A stretch of 64,000 bases of DNA from Chloropicon primus (taxonomy: Eukaryota): NCBI GenBank assembly GCA_023205875.1, contig CP060756.1, forward strand, positions 1,116,001 through 1,180,000, written 5' to 3'. Below the pieces are notes generated by a model, which had not been told where the DNA came from, did no database searches, and saw nothing but the letters and a program-made list of their open reading frames with translations. Both the position numbers and the translations under genes were made by a program. Of this stretch, positions 9,802 through 18,378 are shown piece by piece. Numbering within the stretch: the first letter of the stretch is position 1; each line of letters begins with the position of its first letter.

Positions 9802-12042
9802 CTATAGCTTTGAGCTCAGAGCCCGCCCTTGCAAACCTTCGACGACCTCCCTGGCCTCCTCGACAATCGACTCGATCACGAGCCTCGCGGGTAGTATTTG
9901 TTTGATGGAGCCGACGACCTGGCCAGCGGGCATGAACTCGGAGTCCAGCTTCACCCCGGTCGTGGCGTGGTTGCCGTCCAGCAGATGGTTGTTTCCTTCG
10001 GCTTTGGATTTCAGAAACTGTTCTGGAAACTTGGCCGGAGTGTCCCCAGACGCAGAGAACTTCTCCGTCTGCTTGTTCTTCAGCACCCTGCAAGGCTTTC
10101 CGGTGTAGTATCTCGTGACCGTTGTATCGTGGGAGGAGGCAGGGAGGAGGCACTCCTTGTACCCCCTCACCGTGTTGGCCTCGAAAGTCAAGAGAAACCT
10201 TGTTCCCATCCACACTCCTGCGGCACCGAGGCTCAGCGCCGCAACGAAAGTCTTGCCGTCATGAACACCACCGGCGGCCACGACAGGTATGTGCGGGGGG
10301 ACAGCAGCCCTGATTTGGGGCAGCAAGGCAAAAAGCGCAATGTTGCCGGTGTGCCCCCCACCCTCGGTGCCTTGGGCAATCACGAAATCGCACCCAGCTC
10401 GCACCGCTGAGAGGGCATGCTTGACTTGGCCGCAGACAACTCCAACGAGAACCCCGTTCTTGTGCATGTAGTCCACGGCGTCTTTGGCGACGCCGAGCCC
10501 GGTCACGAAAGCCTTTGCCCCGCTCCCGGCTATCTCTCTCGCCTTCTCCCCCATGTTGTCATCCGAAGCAAGCAAGTTGATGGCAAAAGGCTTGCTCGTC
10601 ATTCTTTTGATCTCCTGGACCTCCGCCCTTATCTCCTTGACGGACAGCGAAGCTGCGCCAAGGCATCCGAGACCTCCAGCCTCGCTCACTTCGGCAGCGA
10701 GCCTCGCCCTCGCAACCCCCCCCATCCCTGCGGACATGATGGGGTACCTCACTCCCAGGAGCGAGGAAAGGGACGTGGTCGGGAAGTTAGCACCCCTGCT
10801 CGCGGCTGGGGGGAAGCGGGGAGCGCCCTTCGAGACTTCTGTGGGCCACCCGAGGATGGCAACAGCCTCGTGGGAGAAAGTTCCCCCGTTCCCCTGCACG
10901 AGGGCCCTCGTCACGCCGTCGATCTGCCTGTCCTTTCCACACCTTCCCAAAAGCTGGTCGTAGGCTTCCACGATGGTAAACATGGCTGGAGCCTCCCAGG
11001 GCGCACCTGCGCCCAGCAGGCCACCGTGGGTGTTGACGTTCACCTTCTTGCCTTCCTTCACGCGCTTCACGGCCTGCTTCACCCACGCACCGCCCGCGCC
11101 GTGTGGGCACAAGCCGACCTGCTCGAGAGACGAGATGAAAGCGACCGGAAAGCAGTCGTAAAGGCCAAACCACCCCAGCTGATCGATCGATCGAACGTTG
11201 GCCTTCCTCATTGCCCTCCGGGCTGCCAGGTGGATTGGAATCGCGTGGGAACCAATGTACTCGCCCTCCGGCATCAAGGCGCCCGAAGCTTCCCCGATTC
11301 CAAGGATGGGGACGCTCATGTGCAGCAGCCCCCGCTGGGCGACAAACTCGTTGGAGCAAACGAGAACCACTGCAGCCCCGTCAGCTCTCTTCGCGCACTC
11401 GAAGAGGTTCGTGTTCTGCGCCACCCGGGGTGATGACATCACCTCACTCGCGCTGAGGCACCTGCCGCCCTTGCTGAAGCTGTTTGGGTGCTTCGCTGCC
11501 TGCAAGGACATGAACTCTGCGACGCTCGCGAGCTCGTCCCTCTTCGTTCCGAAGGTTTGCACGTGCCAGGTCGCAAATTCGCCGTACTTCTCGGGTATCA
11601 CGGCCCCCCCATTACCTTGTTTGGATCCGCTCACTCGCTTGAGAAACTCTTTCGTGGGCATGCTGGCGACGGCGTCCGCCCCGATCACCGCCACACAGCC
11701 GAGGTTCTCCTCCCTCAGCAGCTGGCAAGCTTCCCTCAGAGCGACCACGGGCGAGGCTCCCCCGCAGTCCACCGTTTTGCAGATCATCTCCTGGCCTCCA
11801 GGCCTCGTCAACAAGCCCAGGTCCATAGCCATCTGGTGGGCTGGCATCAGGCTGAGCCCGCCCAGGTCCGCCACCGCGGGCATAGAAACCACGCCCTTGA
11901 CGGCCTCTGCCGGCAGCTTCGCATCTTCCAATGCCAGATGGAACGCCTCCCTCACAAGATCGTTCAACGGCCGTTTCAGCTTGCCAAGTTTCGTCGTCCC
12001 CCTCCCGCATATCACCCCATCGTACCCTCCCAAAGCCGTCAT
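9802..12042 (-). CDS. Fusion of an SCP2-like thiolase domain and a FabK/nitronate-monooxygenase flavoenzyme; C-terminal PTS1 (SKL)
   Basis: Thiolase: ADGAAVVL, LYDCF, NTHGGLL, GNGG. Flavoenzyme: YPIMSAGM, AQGTEGGGH, AAGG, GVWMGTRF, AGQVVG. Single uninterrupted 746-aa ORF. Confidence 0.85.
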   Translation of the reverse strand: MTALGGYDGVICGRGTTKLGKLKRPLNDLVREAFHLALEDAKLPAEAVKGVVSMPAVADLGGLSLMPAHQMAMDLGLLTRPGGQEMICKTVDCGGASPVVALREACQLLREENLGCVAVIGADAVASMPTKEFLKRVSGSKQGNGGAVIPEKYGEFATWHVQTFGTKRDELASVAEFMSLQAAKHPNSFSKGGRCLSASEVMSSPRVAQNTNLFECAKRADGAAVVLVCSNEFVAQRGLLHMSVPILGIGEASGALMPEGEYIGSHAIPIHLAARRAMRKANVRSIDQLGWFGLYDCFPVAFISSLEQVGLCPHGAGGAWVKQAVKRVKEGKKVNVNTHGGLLGAGAPWEAPAMFTIVEAYDQLLGRCGKDRQIDGVTRALVQGNGGTFSHEAVAILGWPTEVSKGAPRFPPAASRGANFPTTSLSSLLGVRYPIMSAGMGGVARARLAAEVSEAGGLGCLGAASLSVKEIRAEVQEIKRMTSKPFAINLLASDDNMGEKAREIAGSGAKAFVTGLGVAKDAVDYMHKNGVLVGVVCGQVKHALSAVRAGCDFVIAQGTEGGGHTGNIALFALLPQIRAAVPPHIPVVAAGGVHDGKTFVAALSLGAAGVWMGTRFLLTFEANTVRGYKECLLPASSHDTTVTRYYTGKPCRVLKNKQTEKFSASGDTPAKFPEQFLKSKAEGNNHLLDGNHATTGVKLDSEFMPAGQVVGSIKQILPARLVIESIVEEAREVVEGLQGRALSSKL

Positions 12043-12409
12043 CTCCCTCTCCCTCTCCTAAATAATGGTTGTCCCTGGTTGCCCACCCCTCGCACCACGA
12101 CGAACGAGTGAGTGCGCGTTCCAACGCGCTTCAGACCAAGTCTCGTGCCGTGCTGAAACAATTCCCCGCCCCTTCTCCGTCCCGCTCTCGACAAACAAAG
12201 GGATACCTCCCTCCTACTCCCTCCTGGCCTCCCTCCAAAAAGTTTGACCTCAGGCGAGGGGAACGGAGGGAAGAGGGAAGAGGGTGTCTGACGAGGGGAA
12301 CGGAGGGACTAGTTGGGGAGTAAGGAGAAAGGTGGTGCCTTTGGCATTGGCTTTGAGAGTGCATCCAGTGATTGACTGTAGGTGATTGTCTTGGCTTGAC
12401 TTTTGCAGT

Positions 12410-13474
12410 ATGCCTCCAAAGAAGGGAGGGGCCGGGAAAGTGGCGAGGGCCAGGGTGAAGTCCAGCTTCCAGAAGGGAGCGTTCGCCGGGCCTGACCAGC
12501 CGTCCCTGTTCGAGTGCCAGGAGATAAGAGGCAAGAGGAATCTCAAGCTGACGTACATTTGGGTGGATATGGCTGGGGTGAAGATTATCAGCGGCAAGTC
12601 GAAGACGGTGAAGCAGGTCATCGCCTTCAAGGGCATCATATCATGGGAGGTCGAGGACGACAACTTCACCCTCAAGTACGGCAACATGCCGAACAATATA
12701 GCGATGGAAAAGCGGTTTGTGATTGGGTTCGAGAAAGCTATCGAGTTGAAAGAGGCTATAGAAGAGAGAGTCCAGATTGCAGTGCAGAGGCCAGAGACTG
12801 CCAAGCAGCTCCAGGAGAGGGCCATCCAGTTGTTCGTTGGGGACCCCATTGACGTTGACGTTCTCGCGCAAGTCCCAAGATTTGGCACGGGGTCCTTTGT
12901 GGGCTCCGAGGCCACTCCGAGCGAGACAAGCAAGAAACTCGCAAAGCGGTTGTCCTCCTTTGCTGGCCGAACGGAGACTGCGCAGCCGTCGGAGCTCGAG
13001 AAGAAAGGGGGGCCTATGAAGGCGCCGGCTGTCTCGGTTGAGAGCTTCCCTTGTCTCATGCTCAACGAGGCTGGGGAGGTCCAGGTTGACGTGCTCTTAA
13101 TCTGCAAGAAGGACGGCATGCACACCGTTCAGGGGACGGGGGAAGACAAAAAGGTCATTTTCGTGGACTACGGAGACATCCAGACCTTCATCAAGACGAA
13201 GCAGGGTTTCACCCTCAAGATCAACGTTGACGATGGCTTTATGACTCTGCGATACAAGACGAGCGATACGGACGCGATATTCACCAACGTGTCCGAGTTT
13301 GCGGAGAGGAAGATCGACTTCCTTGTGGTCGAGGACGAGCTTGAGGCGATGGTGGGCAAAGTCAAGACGATCCTCCAAGGCACCCTGAAGCAGCTGGACG
13401 AGGTGCACACGCAGCAGGACTTGATCAACTTGTGCAACGTCACGAACAGGCTTCTCACCCTGTTCAAGTGTTAA
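12410..13474 (+). CDS. Unknown protein with two PH-like (FERM-C/PTB-type) domains; probable 5'UTR intron 12320-12408
   Basis: ATG right after TTTTGCAG; two repeats of beta-strands plus C-terminal helix with FTLK motif. Confidence 0.6.
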   Translation: MPPKKGGAGKVARARVKSSFQKGAFAGPDQPSLFECQEIRGKRNLKLTYIWVDMAGVKIISGKSKTVKQVIAFKGIISWEVEDDNFTLKYGNMPNNIAMEKRFVIGFEKAIELKEAIEERVQIAVQRPETAKQLQERAIQLFVGDPIDVDVLAQVPRFGTGSFVGSEATPSETSKKLAKRLSSFAGRTETAQPSELEKKGGPMKAPAVSVESFPCLMLNEAGEVQVDVLLICKKDGMHTVQGTGEDKKVIFVDYGDIQTFIKTKQGFTLKINVDDGFMTLRYKTSDTDAIFTNVSEFAERKIDFLVVEDELEAMVGKVKTILQGTLKQLDEVHTQQDLINLCNVTNRLLTLFKC

Positions 13475-13592
13475 GGGGACGGCGAGGTTGGCCCTTGTAT
13501 AGAATTATATTGCCCATTAATATTACATCGGCAAAAGCGTTCTAAAAAATGTCGCAAGAAGCGCCCTGTTTACATCGCCTCGCGCGCCTTAC

Positions 13593-14657
13593 TCACGACA
13601 GGAGCTGCTTCACGGCTCCCTCGATGTCCTCCTCCTTGACAAGAGACTCTCCCACAAGGATGGCCTTGCAACCCGCATCTTGCACCACCTTGACGTCCTC
13701 GGGCGTGAAGATGCCGCTCTCCCCAACGCAGATGATGTCCCTCTCCGCGAGGCGCTTCAACGTGTCGTCGTCCAGCAAATCTTTCGTGTTGTAGAGGTCC
13801 ACCTGGAAGGTCTCCAAGTCCCTGTTGTTGATTCCGATGAGCTCGACCTCCTCGAGCTCGAGGACCCTCTGCATCTCGACCACGGAGTGAACCTCCACGA
13901 GGGACGCCATGCCGAGGGACTTGGCGCACTTGATCAAGTAGCTCAAGTCCGAGTTGGGCAAGACAGCGGCGATGAGGAGGATGGCGTCGGCGCCCTTCGC
14001 CCTCGCGTGGAAAATCTGGTACGCCTCGATGATGAACTCCTTGCACAGAAGGGGGCAGGAGACCCCGGCCTGCCTGATGAGCTCCAGGTTGTCGAAGCTC
14101 CCCTTGAAGTACTTCTCGTCGGTGAGCACGCTGATGCAAGCCGCTCCCCCGGCTTCGTACTCGAGGGCAATGTCGACCGGGTCGAAGTCCTCCTTGATGA
14201 TGCCCTTGGAGGGCGACGCGCGCTTCGCTTCCGCGATGAGGCCGGGCTTCCCCGTCTCCTGGTACTTGGCCTTTATCGCACCGATGAAGTCGCGCGCCGG
14301 CGCGGTGAACTCCATCTTCCTCTTGAGCGAAGCCAAGTCCAACTTCTCCCTGTGGCGCGCTATCTCCTCGTGCTTGAACCAGACGATCTCCTCCAAGATG
14401 TTCCTCGGCTTCTCGTCCTCCTCGCCCGGGATCTCGAACTGCAACAGACTCCCCGCGCTCTGCTTGTCCTTCCCCGCGGGAGGGTGCCGCCTTATCGACA
14501 CCTCGCTCTGCTCGGCGCTGCTGCTTCTTGCCACGAGTCCTTGCCTCGAAGGAGCCCCCCTCATCGTCCTCCTCGCCCCGCTCCGCTGCGTCACGCCGAC
14601 GGAGCACACTTTCCCGAGCTTCCCCTTCGCTCTCCTCGTCACAACTTCCTTCGCCAT
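13593..14657 (-). CDS. trpC: Indole-3-glycerol-phosphate synthase, plastid
   Basis: IAEAKRASPSKG, SVLTDEKYFKGS, LCKEFI, IGINNRDL, GESGI motifs. Confidence 0.96.
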   Translation of the reverse strand: MAKEVVTRRAKGKLGKVCSVGVTQRSGARRTMRGAPSRQGLVARSSSAEQSEVSIRRHPPAGKDKQSAGSLLQFEIPGEEDEKPRNILEEIVWFKHEEIARHREKLDLASLKRKMEFTAPARDFIGAIKAKYQETGKPGLIAEAKRASPSKGIIKEDFDPVDIALEYEAGGAACISVLTDEKYFKGSFDNLELIRQAGVSCPLLCKEFIIEAYQIFHARAKGADAILLIAAVLPNSDLSYLIKCAKSLGMASLVEVHSVVEMQRVLELEEVELIGINNRDLETFQVDLYNTKDLLDDDTLKRLAERDIICVGESGIFTPEDVKVVQDAGCKAILVGESLVKEEDIEGAVKQLLS

Positions 14658-14673
14658 CTTCCCTTCGCCTCTC

Positions 14674-14702
14674 TCACCTTCACCTTCACCTTCACCTTCA
14701 CC
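14674..14702. repeat. (TCACCT)n tandem repeat upstream of trpC
   Basis: About five copies visible. Confidence 0.8.
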
Positions 14703-14950
14703 GGGAAGCGACGTTTAGTTGACGACTTCTGCCTGCTTCTCGTTTTCCTCGCACAATCGCAATCGTCGTCGGCATCGATCGGCAAGCGTGGTGTGGCGCG
14801 GAGCGGAGGACCGAGGCACGAGGGAGAGGGAGGAGGGAGGAGGGAGGAGGGGTGAAGTCCATTGAGATCTGGCAGGGATCGATCCACTTCAATTGGGTAC
14901 CGAGGTTGCTTGGATTTGGGTTTGGGGCTTGGTTTGAAAGGGGGGACGGG

Positions 14951-15652
14951 ATGATGAGGGCGGTGGGCAGGGCGAGAGACCGGCGTCTTCTGGCGTCGTC
15001 TGTGGGGGGGGTCGCGGTATCTCGTGGGGCGAAGTGCGCCAGCTGGCGCACCAATGGCTCGAGGCCGGCGAGGGGGCTCGTCAGGAGCGGAACGCCCGCG
15101 GTGAGGACCACGGCGACGAGAGGCCTCGACGGGTTCCCTCTCGAGGAGGACTTTCCCATGAAGCAGAGGCAGGTTGCACCGTTACTCTATGTCAGGCAAG
15201 TCATGAGCAAGGACGTGGTCTGTCTCCAGGAGGAGTGCACTCTGAGGGACGCCCTGGAGCTCTTCCTTCTCAAGAGAGTGAGCGGCGCTCCCGTCGTGAA
15301 CAGCAAAGGGAAGCTCGTTGGGGTGCTGAGCATGACGGACATCATCTGGGTGGAAAGCACGGAAGCCCTTTCCGTGCTCCCCTTTTACCCGGGGGACAGC
15401 ACCAGCAGTGCGGATGACGACAGAGATATGTTTGGAGCAGACTCCAGCTTTGACTTCTTGAGCTTGAAAGTTTCGAGGAGGATGTCGAGGAAGGTGTTCG
15501 AATGCAAGCCTGATGAGCTGCTTGACAAAGCCGCTGCCCTGATGATTGCGAACAGCATCAACAGGATTCCGGTGACTAACTCGGCGCGCGAAGTGGTCGG
15601 GATCGTCACGCGCCTGGACATCATGAGGTGCCTCGCAGCAATCGCCCTGTAA
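14951..15652 (+). CDS. Plastid CBS-domain pair protein (CBSX-like)
   Basis: VSGAPVV..GKLVGVLS.TD and INRIPV...VVGIVTRLD CBS motifs; transit peptide. Confidence 0.88.
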   Translation: MMRAVGRARDRRLLASSVGGVAVSRGAKCASWRTNGSRPARGLVRSGTPAVRTTATRGLDGFPLEEDFPMKQRQVAPLLYVRQVMSKDVVCLQEECTLRDALELFLLKRVSGAPVVNSKGKLVGVLSMTDIIWVESTEALSVLPFYPGDSTSSADDDRDMFGADSSFDFLSLKVSRRMSRKVFECKPDELLDKAAALMIANSINRIPVTNSAREVVGIVTRLDIMRCLAAIAL

Positions 15653-15729
15653 TTGTGTTCTTCTTTGTAATTTAGACTAGAGTTACATGTATTGATTCGT
15701 TTTTACTCTCTCTTCGTGCGGCGTCTCTG

Positions 15730-18174
15730 CTACTCTTGCGCCGACCCAAAGGTTTTGGTCTTGCTCAGTAAGACCCCCGCCCCAGAGCCTCTCGGGGTGT
15801 GCACCACTTTGTCGTCCCTCTCGGCTCGCACAGACAACGGAAATGACTTGAAGATGCTTTCGATTCCTCCAAAGCAGCTACCAGCTTCCATCCAATTGTC
15901 CTCATCGGTCGGACCCAATTCCTCCCAGAGATAGGAGAACTTGTGCGAGCCCAGCTTTTTGGGCGTCAGCACGGCGAGAATCTTTTGCGCGTTCGGCGGA
16001 ATCATCGCGCTCGCCGAGTCCACCTTGATCCTGGTCTTTTCCGCTTCAACTTCGAGCTTCAATCTCGAGTACCTCTTCTCGCTGCTGGAGCAGGCGAGGA
16101 AAAAGACGGCGGTGTTGGAACAGCAAAACACCAAGAGGAGGAGGGAGGGTGAGACGACGTGCTGCGCGATCTTAGAGATCCCACCCACACCTCCACGCAT
16201 GTCGGAAGAGCAAGCACGGTTCATGACGCATTGGATCATGCAGTGGTGCAGAACAGGCGGGAGCTTGTCTCGGCCGTGCCCGAGCTCCGTCAGCACGGCA
16301 GGCTTCGCGCTAAAGATCCTGAGCGCCACGTCCGCCTCTACTCCCTTCCTCATAGAGAAGACATTGAGCAAGTACTGGCCTTGAGGCATCATGAGCTCAG
16401 AGAAGACGGTCTTATTCTGACCTCCAAAGAGCACCTTCTCCAAAGCCACCACCCCGCCCTGACCATCAAGCCGAAAGATGGCGATCGACACATCGGTATA
16501 CCAATAATTGTCAAGGCGCCCTCTCTTCGACTTTTGGAGGACCATGATGTAGGCCCAGGTCGCTTCCACGAGATCGACTTTGAACTGAGCGCAATCCCAT
16601 GAGTTTGGAGTTCCAAGGCGCAGCCGCTTGGTTACGTTGTAAAAATCCCTGTGCGCGTGGCACACTTCGATCAAAGCAAAGCGACACAGAAAGTCTTGAT
16701 AAGACATCCAAAAAGTTCCATCGTTCTTCTCCGTTCTCCCGAGCTTAGCGTGGAGGGTCGAGGTCCACTTGTCGCTCTTGTCGGACCAATCGCCCAACCA
16801 CTCCCGTTGCCCGTGGGGGTTTCTGATCCTGAGCAGCCTCAGCAACGACCCTTGCTCCTCCTTCTTCGCCTTTTCCCTCTCCTTGCCACCCCCGAAGAAA
16901 TCGTCGATCTTCAGCTGCTGGCCGACCGTAACGCCGCTCAGTTCGATGACTTCGAGAATGGAGTAAGCGTGGCACGGCGCCAACCCCACTCCTTGCAGTG
17001 TCGGATCCCACTGCGTCGAACAACCCATTGGGAACTTCAATGACGCGAAAGACAGAAGCCTGGCCCAAGTCACCTCTGACTCGAAGGCCTCGTCCATCAC
17101 CAGAATCACCTCCGTCGGGTAAGAGGTCAAGTCGAACATCGCCTCCGAGACGAACCCGCCCGAGATCGCGTCGTAACTTTTGTGAACCTTGGCGTAAGCT
17201 TTCTCGAGGAGAGGGACCCAGAGCTCGCTCTTCTTCTTGCTGAGCTTGGCGAAGGCGGGCTTCCTCTCCTCGTCCACGGGTAAGACGTTGTCCACGACGA
17301 CGGACTCCCACTGGCCGTCGATGTAGAACTTGCACTCGTACACTCCCTCGTCATTCCTTTGAGTCACCGGGAAGATCCTCTTCACCAAATCCTTCCTCTC
17401 GGCGATCACAGCGAGGCCGCTGAGGAACCAGCAGTCTCCCACGGCGCCTTGTAGGACGTCGGAGGGCTTGAAGCCGCCTTTGGCTACAGGGATGTGGCAC
17501 GGGTCATCGAATCGCTTCCAAGACAAGTTCACCGCTTGTGAGGTGTGCTGCAAGGCCCTCCCGGACCATCTGAAGTACTTGCACTTCCTCAGCTCGCACG
17601 CGTAGAAAAACTTGCCCTGATTTTTCCCGTCCTTCGCGACTTTGCACAGCTTGGCCTCCCTCTTGCACAAGCAAAGGAGCTTGGTGTTCTTCCCGAAGTT
17701 CCTGTGGACTTTCCTGCCGTCTATCGACTGGGCGGCGGGGGGGAAGTCCGGGTCCGTGAAGCTCTGCCCCTCGGCGCGGCAAGAGGACAAAATCCGGCTC
17801 CAGCTCGCGGACGGCAGGAAAGTCCCTTCGCCCGGGCACTCCTCCAGCTGGGAAACAAGTCTCTCGCTCTCCCCCGAGAGCTCTTTCCAAGGGATCAGCA
17901 CCAGATCAGGATCTGCCGTGAGTTTCGCCTCGCCCTTCTTCTCCACCCCAACCACCCCCTCCACCCGAACGCCTTCGTCCTCCCCCTCCACCCGAACGCC
18001 TTCGTCCTCCCCAACCACCCTCCGCCTCTTGCTCGTCGATGCGTACGCCTTCCCCCTCTCCTGATTAATAAAGTAAAAGTTCACGGCCCTCTCGACGTTG
18101 TAATCGGCGGCCTCGAGCACTCGCCTCGCCTCCTCCCGCGAGCACTCGGAAACGACAGAGAGGAAGGCCTCCAT
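15730..18174 (-). CDS. Calpain (CysPc) with N-terminal UBA-like domain, inserted GRF zinc finger and PIP box
   Basis: FTDPDFP, QGAVGDCWFL (Cys), HAYSIL (His), LRIRNPHG (Asn), DGTFWM; C-x-C...GKFFYAC...C.YF.W zinc finger. Confidence 0.9.
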   Translation of the reverse strand: MEAFLSVVSECSREEARRVLEAADYNVERAVNFYFINQERGKAYASTSKRRRVVGEDEGVRVEGEDEGVRVEGVVGVEKKGEAKLTADPDLVLIPWKELSGESERLVSQLEECPGEGTFLPSASWSRILSSCRAEGQSFTDPDFPPAAQSIDGRKVHRNFGKNTKLLCLCKREAKLCKVAKDGKNQGKFFYACELRKCKYFRWSGRALQHTSQAVNLSWKRFDDPCHIPVAKGGFKPSDVLQGAVGDCWFLSGLAVIAERKDLVKRIFPVTQRNDEGVYECKFYIDGQWESVVVDNVLPVDEERKPAFAKLSKKKSELWVPLLEKAYAKVHKSYDAISGGFVSEAMFDLTSYPTEVILVMDEAFESEVTWARLLSFASLKFPMGCSTQWDPTLQGVGLAPCHAYSILEVIELSGVTVGQQLKIDDFFGGGKEREKAKKEEQGSLLRLLRIRNPHGQREWLGDWSDKSDKWTSTLHAKLGRTEKNDGTFWMSYQDFLCRFALIEVCHAHRDFYNVTKRLRLGTPNSWDCAQFKVDLVEATWAYIMVLQKSKRGRLDNYWYTDVSIAIFRLDGQGGVVALEKVLFGGQNKTVFSELMMPQGQYLLNVFSMRKGVEADVALRIFSAKPAVLTELGHGRDKLPPVLHHCMIQCVMNRACSSDMRGGVGGISKIAQHVVSPSLLLLVFCCSNTAVFFLACSSSEKRYSRLKLEVEAEKTRIKVDSASAMIPPNAQKILAVLTPKKLGSHKFSYLWEELGPTDEDNWMEAGSCFGGIESIFKSFPLSVRAERDDKVVHTPRGSGAGVLLSKTKTFGSAQE
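17955..18008. repeat. Perfect 27-bp tandem duplication in the calpain linker (EDEGVRVEG x2)
   Basis: ccccctccacccgaacgccttcgtcct twice. Confidence 0.9.
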
Positions 18175-18378
18175 CACAGGCGCAGGCCATCCCAAGCCTC
18201 TCCCCCCCGCGAGCTCCCCATACCAAAACCCCTCCCCTCGTTCCGGTCGACCAGATAAGGGGGGCCATTGATCTCGATTGTGTGTGGCCAGGGATGATCA
18301 GATTTCGTCTCGCTCGGGCGGTTACCAAGGTTCACAGAAAAAGGCCACCAGACCCGAGTGGTGAGACGAACGGAGGTG

